Source of the DNA: Octopus sinensis
Lineage: Eukaryota
Length of the DNA stretch: 64,000 nucleotides
Reading direction: 5' to 3'
Assembly (NCBI RefSeq): GCF_006345805.1
Contig: NC_043012.1
Span: forward strand, 43,338,001 to 43,402,000
In this document: in pieces, positions 25,503-38,744 of the stretch
Numbering within the stretch: position 1 is the first letter of the stretch
How the letters are laid out: the number at the start of each line of letters is the position of its first letter
Translations under genes and position numbers: made by a program
Notes under the pieces: model-generated
What the model was told of the DNA's origin: nothing
The model's input: only the letters and a program-made list of their open reading frames with translations
Databases searched by the model: none

Positions 25503-26745
25503 TACTTGGCAATATGCATAAAAAACAATGAATTGATGAATTACACAATAACACTCAAACACACCACCAGAAGATTTTGTCACATCCACAATCGCCCTAC
25601 ATGCACACATACAAATCGTTCAAAGAATACAAAACACATACACACAATTAAAAACGCAATTCCCACAGGAAGTCGGAGATTTTCGGGGGAATATCACCAC
25701 GAGAATTCTTGGTTATTTACTGCTGGACACGTCCCTAGCCAACTGGAGGGGCGGACAAATTGCCCCTCCAAACAAAACCAAGTAAGGTTTCCTTTTTTTC
25801 CCGTTTCTTTTTCTGACAACATGGTCGTGCCCAGAATAGGCAGCGTAAATATACATGATCTGGGGTCACCTTGGTGCGGATTCGCCTGCACAATGACCTC
25901 AAGGCACTGAATGTCGATGTGGTGGTCATTAGTAAAATCAGAATTTCCGACTCACGAGACTTCTAAGTCGACCGTGAGTGGCAGGCGGAGTCGCCGTGAT
26001 GGTTCAGAAAAATCTGGATCTTGCAATACGGACGATCTTCCTCGATCTAGAAGGTAAGTCAGTGGTGCTGGACATGACCGGCAGCAAAGGACACTCTTTC
26101 AAGCAAGTTGCCGTCTATGCTCCGACAGGGGCAGGACGTCTGGAAAATTTCCTGGGAACGTCCTGCTCTTTAATTTTAGTGGTGGATTGGAATGGAGATT
26201 TAGATGTAAGATGGGTTTAGCAGATATACTGAGCGGGGTGCAAAAACATCGAAAACCTGTTCAGACGATTTCAACTGTCTGGCATGTATCGATTGGATTT
26301 CCCTGATGTGCCAGTCTCGATCTGATCAAACCGCATCGGGTCATCCTGATCGTATCTAGATAGGGTATTCTATAAAGTATCTGATAAGGATAGCATAGGT
26401 TGTCCACAGTTTAAAGTAGTCGACTACACAGACCACAAATTCGTGATCTGTACAGTCAGCTTACATGGGCTCCATAGACAGGGACCTGAACGCGTCGTTG
26501 CCGGCGCGTAACGATTTTAGAGACCGGATTAGTGAACTAGTTAAGCGGGCGTTGACGGGGAAATCCTCAATAATAAAAGGTAGTTCGATCTGACGAGAGC
26601 GATTAAAATAGAATCAATAAGGTTTGGCAAAGAACTAGCAGTAGAAACAGAGCAGAGGCGGGGTCAATCTGGAAGTTAGACGAGGCTTTTAGAACATGCA
26701 TCACGACCGACGTGCTCGCTGCGAGATTAGCAGTGAGATTAAAAC
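25503..26745 (+). mobile_element. L1/Tx1-like LINE, end of ORF1 plus APE endonuclease
   Basis: RIGSVNIHDL..., AGGVAVMV, VAVYAPT and VDWNGDLD APE motifs. Confidence 0.75.
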
Positions 26746-26767
26746 TACCAAATAATGAATAATAATA

Positions 26768-26814
<47 letters not shown>

Positions 26815-26841
26815 AATAATAATGATAATAATAATAACAAA

Positions 26842-27388
26842 TGCTCTGATTCAGTAACAGGCAGTGGATCTCATGGCTTCTGGCCATAACTGATTTGAAG
26901 TGTTATCATGTACATGCTTTGTCTTGGTATAAAAGATGGGCTACAGCAAATATTCTGCTCAATACCACAGATTTGCTTGTCGGTTGTTTGACCATAGCCA
27001 GTTGAGCATGCCCCTTAGTGGCTGATGGTATGTGCATCTCCTGCTCGTGATCAGAAGTAGTGGGGGAACATCAAAGGCATGTACTGAGAGGAACTCTTTG
27101 GGTTTTGAATAATTCACCTCTGGAAACTTGGGTATTTCGAACATCATCTTTAAACAAACCTTATTCAAGGACCTTTTGACTGGGCTACTCGACCTGAAGA
27201 AAATTCTAACTTGATCTCACCTGCAAGGTCATGCGCTGTTAATCTCGAAATGAGATCACCATGACGCGCACATATAGTTGTGTTGCATGTGCCTGGTGTA
27301 CTCTTATCAGGCTTGTATTCATAATCAGTATACTGGGCTTTGTATATATGTACCCCAGTGTCACTTTGATGGTATGTACTGTTCTCTC
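26842..27388. mobile_element. ~555-bp (AAT)n-flanked repeat, copy 3 (older)
   Basis: Co-linear with 24046-24600 but visibly more diverged. Confidence 0.85.
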
Positions 27389-27421
27389 AATACTACTACT
27401 ACTACTACTACTGCCTTCTTG

Positions 27422-27467
<46 letters not shown>

Positions 27468-27559
27468 TAATAATAATAATAATAATAATGATGATGATGA
27501 TGATGATGATGTTAATTTCAAAATAAGAAGTGATAAAAATTCAAAATTACAGAAAATTA

Positions 27560-30500
27560 AACGTAAAGTATGAACGAGAGCAACCAGCGCCCACACGTTG
27601 ATGGAATGACATCATCAGTTTTTAAGTTACAGTTTTATAACAGGCGAAAAAAAAGAAAGAAAAATAAACAGAAAAAAGAAGACGACAGAAAAAAAAGGAA
27701 AGAAAAAGAAAGAAAGAAGAATATTTAATCAAACAGTTTTGTATGAATTTGACGATATTCTCCTGTCATCTTATTCATTCCTCCAGGGCGTGATGTTAAC
27801 CCGCAAACATATTTCTCCTCATACATTCTGAGAAGTGAAAGTGAAGCAGATTCAGAATATTTTCTGCGAATATGCACTTTCAAGTCTTCAAAATTGCAAC
27901 CGCTTGAAACGAAATGTTCAGCAACTTCTGTCGAACTACTGTTATTGTGCTTGATGTCGAATCTGTACCCATTAAACCTTTTGTTTAATTGTTCTGTTGT
28001 ACAACCAGCATAAATTAAGTCGTGTTTCGTGCATTCTGCAGCGTACACCAAATGGGAATCTTTACATGTTCCACATTCTGTATAAATCATAACGTTTCTG
28101 TTTTGATTTTTGATGGAATTCACTTCACTCATGTTGTTGCACAATGAACATGGCTTACCTCTTTTGCGGCTGTTCTTTAAGGTACAGTGTGCAGATACTC
28201 CAATGTTCGTTTTCTTGGAGTCAGATATTTCAATAATTCTTTTATATTCTTATTCCGTCTAAAGGCTACAATGGGCAGCTGAAGAAATATCTGTTTGAAA
28301 CGAGGATATTTTTTCGCCACATGCTGGTAACTTTCTTGCAACACTTTTGAAATGCCAGCGAAATATCGGTGCCAGTTAATCACTAAAGGAATTCTGTCAT
28401 CTATTGTGTTATGTTTGCTAAAATTATGCGTGTAGGTTTGACTGTGTTTGCTAATCTTAGCTATTTCATTTGCTATTTCACTGTAACCGCGTTTGACATG
28501 ATGACATACAAAAGCTTTTGCATGTTTCCAGTAATCCTCTATGTCAGTACAAATCCGATTTATCCTCAAAAATTGCGATTTCGGATTTGACCGAATAAGA
28601 TGATGTGGATGATCGGAGCAGCGGTGAAGATAAATGTGCGATGACATGGGCTTGCAAAATGTCACTATTCTGCCTCCAGAAAACTTGACTTTTGTGTCCA
28701 AAAATTCAACGCTAGTTTTTGAAAAACTAGACGTAAATTTTATGTTGGACTTAAAGCCACAGTTTTTAGCATAACAGTCACAGTAATGCAAGAATCCATT
28801 AAACTATCCTGTGATCCTTCCCAGACAAAGAATACGTCGTCAGTGACTCATAACCAGAGTATTGGTTCATGACCATAAAGGGATTGGAATGTCTTCAGCA
28901 ACTGTGTCTCGAATTTCGTCATGAAGACATTAACGAAATTAACTGCCATGGGGGTACCCATGTCGCAGCCCTTCGTCTGGTGGTAAAATCTTTGTCTAAA
29001 CTTCATTGTGTTACTTTCTAACTCAAACCTCAATAATCTAGGAGAAAATTTGATGGAATACTTTTGTTTGACCGCTTTTCGAAGGCATCCATGCATGCTT
29101 CTATCCCTTAATTGTGGTCAATATAGGGATATAAGGAAGAAACAACCATGGTTATTAAAAAGTAGTTCTCAATACGGCCTCGGCGCTTAAAAAAGTTGTT
29201 GATTTTAGATACAAAATCAAAGGTATCCCTAATATAGCAACTTGATCGATGGCAGAAAGCCATCCAGTCATTCCGAAATTTTGGCCGTGCAACATTCATA
29301 TCCGCTGCAAATTAGGCACATTGGAAGAAATATTTCGAACTTGCTGTGTATTTTAGGGAGACCATAAAATACAGGTGTTCTTCTTTCTGACTTTAAACTC
29401 TTAGATTCAGCCTTATTAACGAAATTGTTTTCCTTCATTTCCAGAATTATTTTGTCAAGTTCCTCTTTGTAATTGGGGTTTGGATCGACTTCATATGAAG
29501 TTTTGAAGTTTAAAACTTCTTTACAAGCCGAAATATACTCACTTTTGTCCATAATTACGATCGCACCCCGCTTATCCGCCATCTCAATAACAATAGAATC
29601 GTTATTAGCTGGACGTCGAAGTGCGTAACGTTGGGAATTTGTGAGGTTATTCCAGGACTTCTTTCCACTTGTTTTAAAGCTTTCTTTAATGTCTGCCTGA
29701 CAAAATTCAAGAAATTCCAGTAGTGATTGTGAATGTCCATCCCGAACTTTATCTCGATACCAATTGGGATTGTTTTTAATCCAATTATACCAGATTCAAT
29801 CATCATCATTTTTATTTTTAGTAAACATAGGGTTTTCTGACTCCTCGTTACCAGCTTTTTCAAAAAAATATTGTTTTAGCTTGTGACGGCGCACAAACTG
29901 AAAAAGCCCTTGAGCTAGTTTATTCGTGTCGAAATTCTTAGTGCTTGGGCAAAAACTCAGTCCAAGCTCTAAGACTGAGACATCGTCGGGCGAAAGTTTT
30001 AGTTTAGATAACTTTATGACCGACTTATTCTCTAGTGTGATGATTTTTCTCGGGCAAGTGGTTTTCTGAGTTTTTTCTCATTAGATTTCTGACTACTTTT
30101 TGGGCTTTGCTCGAAATCTTCACTTGAAACACGGAACCTATTGGGTGATACAATTTGTTCTGAACGTTCATGAGAGAAGTTATAATTTTTAGTCGTCTTT
30201 CTAGGGGTAATCCACTTCTGGATGGGTGATAGAAAGTAAGTGACTTCTGTGGTTTTTGTAGACATTTGAAAAACCTTTACTTTCGGGAAAGGAACAAATT
30301 TATTGTTTTCTAGGCAAAATTTTAAATGTGCTCGCATTTTTGACTGATCAAATAGAAACTTCTCTGGAGCGTTTCCAATGACCATTTCAAATGCATACGC
30401 TAAAACAAAAAGGCCACAATAACACGCGCCAACTTGGGGATTATTTATATGGACTTGTTGAATTGTTGGAATAATATTTGGTTGTGGTGAATACAATGTT

Positions 30501-30640
30501 GTTATTTGTGCCGTTACTTCCTGCAAAACTGTCAAGAGATGTGACAGGTTAGCTTGGGAGGTAGTACCAATAATTGAAGTATGCGATAAAGAAGAAAGAA
30601 AAGTTGATAGGTATGACAGGTTAGGTAAAGCAGCTGTGGT
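27560..30640 (-). mobile_element. Near-complete Penelope-like element (Neptune/Naiad-like): peptidase-like domain, RT, GIY-YIG; frameshifted
   Basis: VIKLSKLKLS...ELGLSFCPS; NNLT...ADKRGAIVIMD; FYGLPKIH; GCDMGTPMAVNFVNVFM; VTDD; EFLD; SDHPHH; CSLC...HLVYAAEC...IYAG; PGGMN. Confidence 0.9.
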
Positions 30641-30888
30641 CAATGAAAAAGATGGTAGTGGTATCAATAATTGTTGGAACTTTGGGAACAGAGAGTAAAA
30701 ATCTCAAGAAGTACAATGGAACAAATAGGGGCTGCAATAAGGGTGGAGCATTTACAGAAAACAGCACTGCTTGGAACCGCTCGAATACTCTGGAAGGTAC
30801 TCGAAAAATAAGGGGTGTTATCTTAGTTCACTGATATAGAACAGCCGACAACGAAGTACATCTCCAGCGTTAGAAGCTGTGCAAAGGC
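30641..30888 (+). mobile_element. R4/Dong-like LINE 3' end
   Basis: VVSIIVGTLG...LQKTALLGTARIL then 3' UTR and AAT tail. Confidence 0.75.
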
Positions 30889-30954
30889 AATAATAACAAC
30901 AACAACAACAACAACAACAATAATAATAATAAGGAAGAAGAAGAAGAAAGGAAA

Positions 30955-32465
30955 AGGAAAAATGACAGAAACATCTAACGTTAACCTTGACCAGCAGAAT
31001 GTCGTAAAAGAATTAGACCCAGCGGAGAACTACAAGTACCTAGGGGTAATTGAAGGAGACGGAATAGGGCATTCAGTGATGAAGTAAAGGATCAGGAGAG
31101 AATGTTATCGCAGAGTAAGAGCAATACTCAAGACAGGGCTGAATGCGAGAAACAGGATCGAAGTGATCGATGCTTTAGCCATACCAGTCGTGACTTACAG
31201 TTTCAATATCGTTAACTGGTCAATTACTGAAATATGTAATCTTGACAGAAAAATACGAAAACTATTGACAATGCATAGAATGCACCACCCTAAGGCAGAT
31301 ACAGAACGACTTTATCTGCCAATAACAATGAAGATTGCTACAATTGGCCTAGACACCTACCTGAAAAACTCTGAGGATTGGATGTTAAAACTTGTCTCAA
31401 AACATGAAAACAAGTAAGCATCATACTCAGTAACAAAACAGGCAAAGGAATATCTAAGTGAATTCCGAATACAACAAATTTCGGAATTAAACATACAAGA
31501 AGCAGAAAAAGCTAAGCACAGAAAAAGCTAAGCGCATGAAGACCCGTGCTAGAACTGCGGCCTTAGATATTCTGAATGATAAATGGCAAGAAAAACCTCT
31601 CTATAGCAAATACCCAAAGAGGATGTTGACAAAGCCCTGACCCATCAATGGCTAAAAATCTGAAACAGAAGGGTTTACAATGCCTACCAACAAGAAACTA
31701 CCAGGCCAACATATTAAAGAACGGCAGTAGCCCAACATGTCGTGTATGTCAACAACAAAATGAAACCATTGATCATGTTGTCTCCAAGTGCAGTCTTCTA
31801 GCGCCTACAGAGTTTCTCAACAGGCATGATAGAGCTGCACAATATATTCACTGGATAATTTGCAAAAACCTGGATTTGCCCCATGAAAAAAAAACTGTGC
31901 TTGAAAATGACCACATCTCACTCCTCTGGAACTTCACCATTCAAACGACAGAAAGATAGATGCAAATAGGCCAGACATCATATTGAAAGACTTCAGACAA
32001 AGAACATGCCTCCTCATTGATATGACTGTCCCAATCGATATAAACGTATCTGTCAAGACCTACCAAAAACTGAGCAAATATAAAGATCTTGAAATAGAAA
32101 TCAGCAAAATGTGGAACCTGAAAACTAAAACAATACCTGTTGTCATAGGTGCCCTGGGAATGATAGCGAAAGGGGCTGATTGCTACCTAACTCAGATACC
32201 AGGAAACCCCAAAATGGCAGAAATTCAAAAGATAGTGCTCATGGGAACTGCTCATATTCTACGCAAAATACTTTCTATGTAATCTCAAGGTTTAAAACAA
32301 ACATAATTTTCGTATTTTTTGGGGCATTCACTAGTACAACACCCCCCCCAACTATATGGCACACTAGGCATAACAACAACATGAACTTCCAACCTGTTGT
32401 CTCATGAGGTCTCTGGGTAAGACTTGGAGCCAACTTGTACAAATATAAAGCAAAAGTGAAACATA
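30955..32465 (+). mobile_element. 5'-truncated R4/Dong-like LINE
   Basis: YKYLGV, MHHPKADTERLYLP, CRVC...ETIDHVVSKC, RPDII, KYKDLEIEI, IPVVIGALG; (AAT)n tail. Confidence 0.9.
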
Positions 32466-32484
32466 GAATAATAATAATAAATAA

Positions 32485-34100
32485 TATGATGCCTCATTCA
32501 TGGATCGTTGAAAGCCTGCAGATGTTTGGTGTTGCGGACATCACAAATTTTCTGATGCATAGCATGACAGAGTGGAAACTGTACTCAAGTACTGTATTCC
32601 TTGCAGAAGTTAATATTAAAAGGGGGATCTTCCAAGGGGACTCGTTTTCTCTTACTATTTGTAATTGCACTAATACTAATAAGAATGCCATTTAGGAAAG
32701 TTAAGGTAAGTTACCGATGTAGGAAGAAAGGCCAATCACTGAACCTTCTTCTGTTTATGGATGACCTGAAATTGTTTTGGAAATCTAAAAAACAGATTCC
32801 TTAACCAAAACAATCCAGAAGTGTGGTAGGGACATCAGTATGGAATTTTGGAGCTAGAAGACATTCTACAGGAGAAATGAAAGTCAAGGTCAGCGAGGCG
32901 TATCAAAAAAGGGTGGAGATGCTGTTGAAATCCAACCTGAATGGCAAATATTTGATTACCGCAATGAGTATCTGGTCAGTTGCGGATGTCAGATATAGCG
33001 CGTCCATCCTCAAATGGACTAAGGAAGAAATATCAACACTGGAGAGAAGGACGAGAAAGTTGATGACGCTGCATGGGGCTCCACACCCTAAAGCAAACGT
33101 AAACAGACTGTATATGAAAAGAAAAAATGTTGACAGAGGTTTAATTAGTATAGACCATTGTATAAGGAGTGAAAGGAGAACGCTTGACGAGTATTTGTTA
33201 AATAGTGATGAAGACCTGCTATAATATGCCGCGAAAGATATGGGTGTAAATGCAGATGAAATGATGGGCAAGGAAGATTTTAACCAAAGAGCTGAGGAGA
33301 AGAGAATGCATGGACGGTTTGAAAGGAATACACAAGACGTTAAGCATCGTGGGCATAGCTTGAGCAAGGTGACTTGAAGCGTACCACCGAAAGCCTGATC
33401 ATGGCTGCACAAGACCTGATTCTCGCTACCAATTCAGTAAAGTATAACATCTATAAAACTTCTGAAATGCAGACTCTGTGGAAAGAGCGTGGAAAATATA
33501 ACACACTTGGTAAGTGGATGTCAGAGCCTTGTCCAAAAAGAATACAAGCACCGCCACGATAAAATATGTGTGTATCTTCAATGGTTCTTATGCCATAAAT
33601 ACCAATATGAAGTAACAGAGAACTGGTATGAGCATGTAGGATGGAAAAGTAACGATACTCTGCTGGAGGATGGAAAAGTAACGCTATTCTGGGACTATGA
33701 TTTTCAGACGGATCGTGTAATAGAACATCGTCGGCCGGACATTGTCATATCGAATAAGAGAGACAAATACTGTCAGATCATTGATGTAGCCATATTGTTG
33801 TGAGCAAGGAGGTTGAAAAAAACACCAAATACTCCGAATTGAAAGTGGAAATGGCAAGACTGTATGGAATGCGAGAGAGGTAATGTAAAAGTGATACCAG
33901 TGGTGATTGGAGCGTTGGATTCAATCCCATTGAAACTTCTTAAGGCAACTGGAAATCCCATGCAAGATTGTTGTCTTGCAAAAAGCAGCCTTATTGGGCA
34001 CAGCGCACATCCTAAGGAAAATATTATCTGTCTGAGGTCTTTGTTGTGACTTGACAGATGGCTAAAGACTCCAGTGCATTCTTACCTACGCTGTGCTACG
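32485..34100 (+). mobile_element. 5'-truncated, internally deleted R4/Dong-like LINE
   Basis: PHSWIVESL, GIFQGDSFS, LLFMDDLKLF, LFWDYDFQTDRVIEHRRPDIV; followed by (AAT)n 34101-34190. Confidence 0.9.
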
Positions 34101-34190
<90 letters not shown>

Positions 34191-36480
34191 GATATCAATA
34201 TAACTGAGCTAATCTCTGGAAATGATGTAAGATCAAGAAAAGGCAGGAAGATTGTGAGAAAATATGGACACTCAACAAGAGAACTAATGTCAGCGAAAGA
34301 AACACTTAAACAAAAAGTTCAAGCAAAAGCTCAGAGAATACGCAGATTTGAGAAAAGAATCAAATTCTACAAACAAAATAAGATGTTCAAATCCAATGCC
34401 AAATCATTTTACAGGGAAATTAGGGAAAGAAAAAAATAACCATTGAAAATCCACACCTAATGGAAGAAGTTGAAAACTTTTGGAAGGGGATCTAGAGTGA
34501 TGAGAAACCATACAATGGAAATGCAGAGTGGATCAAATGCACCCAAGATGACTACAAAAATCTACAAGAACAGGTATGGGAAGACATCTCAATCGCTGAC
34601 CTAAGGAGGGCACTAACGAAGGCGCTCATAAGTGGAAATCCCCTGGTATTGATAGAGTACCAATTTCTGGCTCTCATCACTCTCGTCCGCACACAACATG
34701 TTAGTAATACTATTTAATAGTATTATGAAAGACCCCTAAAAAACACCACATTGGATGGCAAATGGTATTACTTACCTCCTCCCACAAAATAACAAAACGA
34801 AAGGCCCAAAAAACTACCGGCCTATAACATGTTTATCTACTACCTATAAGATTTTGACATCTATTCTAGTAGAGAAAACATATAAGTTTATGGAAGAGAA
34901 CAACCTCTTTCCCACTGAACAAAAAGGATGCAGACGAGGCTCATACGGATGCAAAGATCAGCTCCTAATTAATCGCATGATCCTTGAGAACTGCCATAAC
35001 AAGCGCAGAATTGGAGCTTCGCGTTCCATTCTAATGGAGTATTGCGCTCAAACAACATTAGCATAAACTGTGGCATTTTCCAAGGTGTGTCACTTTCACC
35101 ACTAATTTTCTGCATAGCACTAATACCACTCTCAAGTGAACTGAATAGAACAGAGTATGTCTACTAAATTCACAACAGGAAAATAAGCCATCTATTTTAC
35201 ATGGATGATTTAAAACTATATGGCAAAGATGATGAAGAGCTTGAAGGACTACTACATACTGTGAAAGGATTCAGTGATAATATCGGGATGGATTTTGGCC
35301 TTGAAAAGCCTTGAAAAGTCAAGTTCAATCGAATTAGATATCGAAATAGTAAGAAAGGAACTTGAGCAGGAACAAACCTATAAATACCTAGGAATAAATG
35401 AAGGCTCTGGTATCCAGCATGCAAGCATGAAAGAGAAGGTTAGGAAGGAATGTTATAGAAGAGTTCGAGCAGTCCTGAAGTCTGAGCTGAGTGCATATAA
35501 TAAGGTGTTAGTCATAAATTCCTTAGCAGTCTCAGTTTTTCTTTATAGCTTCAATGTGCTTAACTGGAATACCAGTGAAATAATGAAAATTGACAGAAAA
35601 ATCCGCAAGCTACTGACTTGTAATAAGATGCACCATCCAAAGGCAGACGTGGATCGTCTTTACCTTCCCAGAGCTCAGGGAGGTCGAGGCTTGATCCAGC
35701 TTGAACTTACTTACAAAACCACCACAATCGGACTGGCCAAATACCTTGAAACAACCAACGATTGGATACAAAACATGAAAGACCGAAAAGACTTCTCTCT
35801 ATTCTGAAAGGGAGCAAAACATTCACTACTGATGTCTTAGATACCTGCCAGATTGATCAGGTTGAAGGAAATGCGCCAACCGCTACTGCAAAGAAAATAA
35901 AATTAGTAGCAAAGATAAAAGCACATGAAAACTAGCTAGCTGGTGGGAACAGAAACCTCTCCATGGCAAGTATGTGGTCCGTAGCAAACAAGCTGATGTC
36001 GAATAGAAACACACGCATCAATGGTTACGAAGCTCAGGGCTAAAAGCAGAGAGTAATGGTTTCATATTAGCTGCTCAATACCAAAGCTTATTAACGCGGA
36101 ACTACCAAGTTAATGTGATAAAAAATGGAGCTGACTCCAAATGCCGATTCTGTAACGATGAGATTGAAGCAATATACCACCTAATCTCAGCACCTGCAGA
36201 ATATAAAGCAAGGCATGACAGAGTCGGCCAGTATTTACATTGGACAATATGTTGGCATTATGAAATCAAAACCGCTGACAAATTGTCTAAACACCATCCT
36301 GAAGCTGTGACTGAGGGAGAAAATGTGTCTATTCTATAGAACTTCACCGTACACACCGACAAAGCTATAAAAGCTAATAAACCGGATATTATTATAAAAG
36401 ATCAGACAAAAAAATTGATTTCCTGTGTTTATTAACTGACATGAGTATTCCTTGCGATCACAATATAGCGGCGAAAGAAT
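34191..36480 (+). mobile_element. Long R4/Dong-like LINE fragment (3' end missing)
   Basis: NYRPITCLSTTYK, EQKGCRRGSYGCKDQL, YMDDLKLY, MHHPKADVDRLYLPRAQGGRG, CRFC. Confidence 0.9.
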
Positions 36481-36818
36481 TATATACGTTAAACAGTATT
36501 TGATCTTTTTCAAATTACTGCTTAATCAACAATTCTTAACATAAACATTCATTTTTCAATCCTAAATTATAACATCTCTTTCGGAATGTATAAGACAATT
36601 TAAATTCAAGGGCATTAGCTTTAAACTTGATTAGGATATTTTAGGATATTTTAAATTCAGCAAAACCATTAGGGGCGTGAAAAACATAAATTCTAAATCT
36701 CTTTACGCGAGGCACTTTGAATACTATTAACAAAACCTTATTAAATTAGTACAAATTGCAAATATAAGATATTAAGAATATTTGAAAAGTATAGATGAAA
36801 CCAGTTTATATGAGACTT

Positions 36819-36850
<32 letters not shown>

Positions 36851-36906
36851 TGTATGTATGTATGTATGTGCTAGCATGTGTGTGATTTTTCTAGAGTGTA
36901 TGTATG

Positions 36907-36937
<31 letters not shown>

Positions 36938-36955
36938 ATGTATGTATGTGTATAT

Positions 36956-36999
<44 letters not shown>

Positions 37000-37070
37000 C
37001 ACTGTGGAAACCATGTAGGCAGACGGTAAGAAGCTTTTGTTCGTCTCGAGGCTGATAGAGGTTCCTTGTA

Positions 37071-37151
37071 TTTCCTGATGAGAAGACGGCATAATGCAAC
37101 CTTCATTCCTTCGGAATTAAGAATATGCAGTCTTCGAAACATATGTCGAAA
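37071..37151 (+). ncRNA. Type I hammerhead ribozyme, canonical core, extended stem II
   Basis: UUUC CUGAUGA GAAGAC-[GCAUA..AUUCC-uuc-GGAAU..UAUGC]-GUCUUC GAAAC AUAU GU C GAAA. Stem III is the palindrome ACAUAUGU; GUC triplet (cut after 37147). Confidence 0.88.
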
Positions 37152-37195
37152 GTAAGGGAATTTTGATAAAATCTTCGTTCGACTCCATTCTTTTC

Positions 37196-37240
<45 letters not shown>

Positions 37241-37615
37241 TAATTGTATTTATAACTATATATGTGTGTGTGTGTGAGCGTATATTTGAATATTTATATA
37301 TCTATGTGTGCATGCGTGTGTGTCTGTGTGTATGTGTGTAAGATTCAATATGGTCGTGGCACAGAGAGTTGATTAGCACGAGTACAGACAAGGTTTATAT
37401 AGGTAGCACAAATTAGATAATAATGGACGAATAGAGTTTATTAATCAATGCGTTGAATACACTCCGTCCCGAATTTGAAATTGCAATAAGATGACCGCCA
37501 CTCTACAACTGCAGTATATAACAACACTTACTAATTATATACCTGTCCCTCTTTCGTACAATTATATGTGTTTTTTATATATGTTTATATATGCATACTA
37601 CATATCGATGCGCGC

Positions 37616-37679
<64 letters not shown>

Positions 37680-38744
37680 ATGTATGAAAATATTTACCAA
37701 AAGAAAAACTAACCGTCAATTTTTATTTTGAGACTTTTGAGTATGTTGAGACTTTTATAGTTATTTAGCATTCTATTGTAATATAACACTTGGCCAAATG
37801 ACCTTTTTCTCTTCTAAAAAATATAGAACCTTTCATTTAATTACACAGCAAGAAATATTTGTTAATTTCAAAGGTGCAAAGCAATCAGCTCTGTTAAAGG
37901 CTAACAGCGTTTCTGGTTGTTGGTACAGACTACCTTCACTTTCCAAATTAAAAAGTTTACATAAATGCGGCATGAGATTAAGACATGAAAGATATTGAAA
38001 AGGTCACAGGCGTACTATTACCCTCTGTTTGAAATTATTTACCTGCGTGTGCAAGTTGTCATAAGTTGTGCGAAACAGGCCAAGCACAATTAACAGCCGC
38101 AATCCATTTTGTCACGAAGTCATGTCTATTGTGCTTAGAGATCAATAATTTTTTCTCCTTGTTTTCTTGAAAGAGAGTGTCTCTTGATACATACGTTCAG
38201 ACACCTGTATTGCACAACAGTTTAAGACCCAGTAAATTATGTTTGTTTTTTAAAATTTTCTGTAGTATCTGTTCTTTCTCATTACATTTTTGATCTCTTT
38301 TCAACAATGTTGTCTTACATGATGACATTTCAAAGTATGAAAAGCAGAGTATGAAACTTAGTTTTCTAAAAGTCAACTGCTAAAACAGGTGTCTGACATT
38401 CGCTCGATTGTTTAACTTATATCAGTTTCCTTTGACATAATGTTCTATTATAGGTGAGGATACAGAATTTTAGAACGATCACGACTTTCTCAATGTCATA
38501 CAATGTATAAGGATAATAAAACAGCAGCAGCAAAATCTTACGCTGTCAACACCTGAAAATCAGCAACAGTACACCAAACCCCATCGATGTTTCGGCTGGT
38601 TTTCAACATTTTGCGATACTGGACATTATAAATACTTATTTGGAATACGAATGTGGAAGAAGAACCTTGAATGGACTTCTCTCTGAAATGAGTATTTCTG
38701 ATGGCTAGTATCCTGTTTAGTGAAGAATATTATTAGGGTCTTTG

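Noticed and set aside
27600-27625. CUGAUGA in the 3' region of the large PLE
   Set aside because: No downstream GAAA or stem II partner; at best a truncated half-motif.
29796-29798. In-frame TGA in the PLE ORF as possible selenocysteine (reported for some Naiad PLEs)
   Set aside because: This copy has other stops and frameshifts, the position is not a conserved Cys context, and no SECIS was identified.
37780-38440. Possible DNA-transposon remnant (hAT or piggyBac)
   Set aside because: No consistent reading frame or terminal repeats found.
38585-38605. GAAACATCGATG palindrome on the minus strand
   Set aside because: No recognisable CUGANGA upstream.
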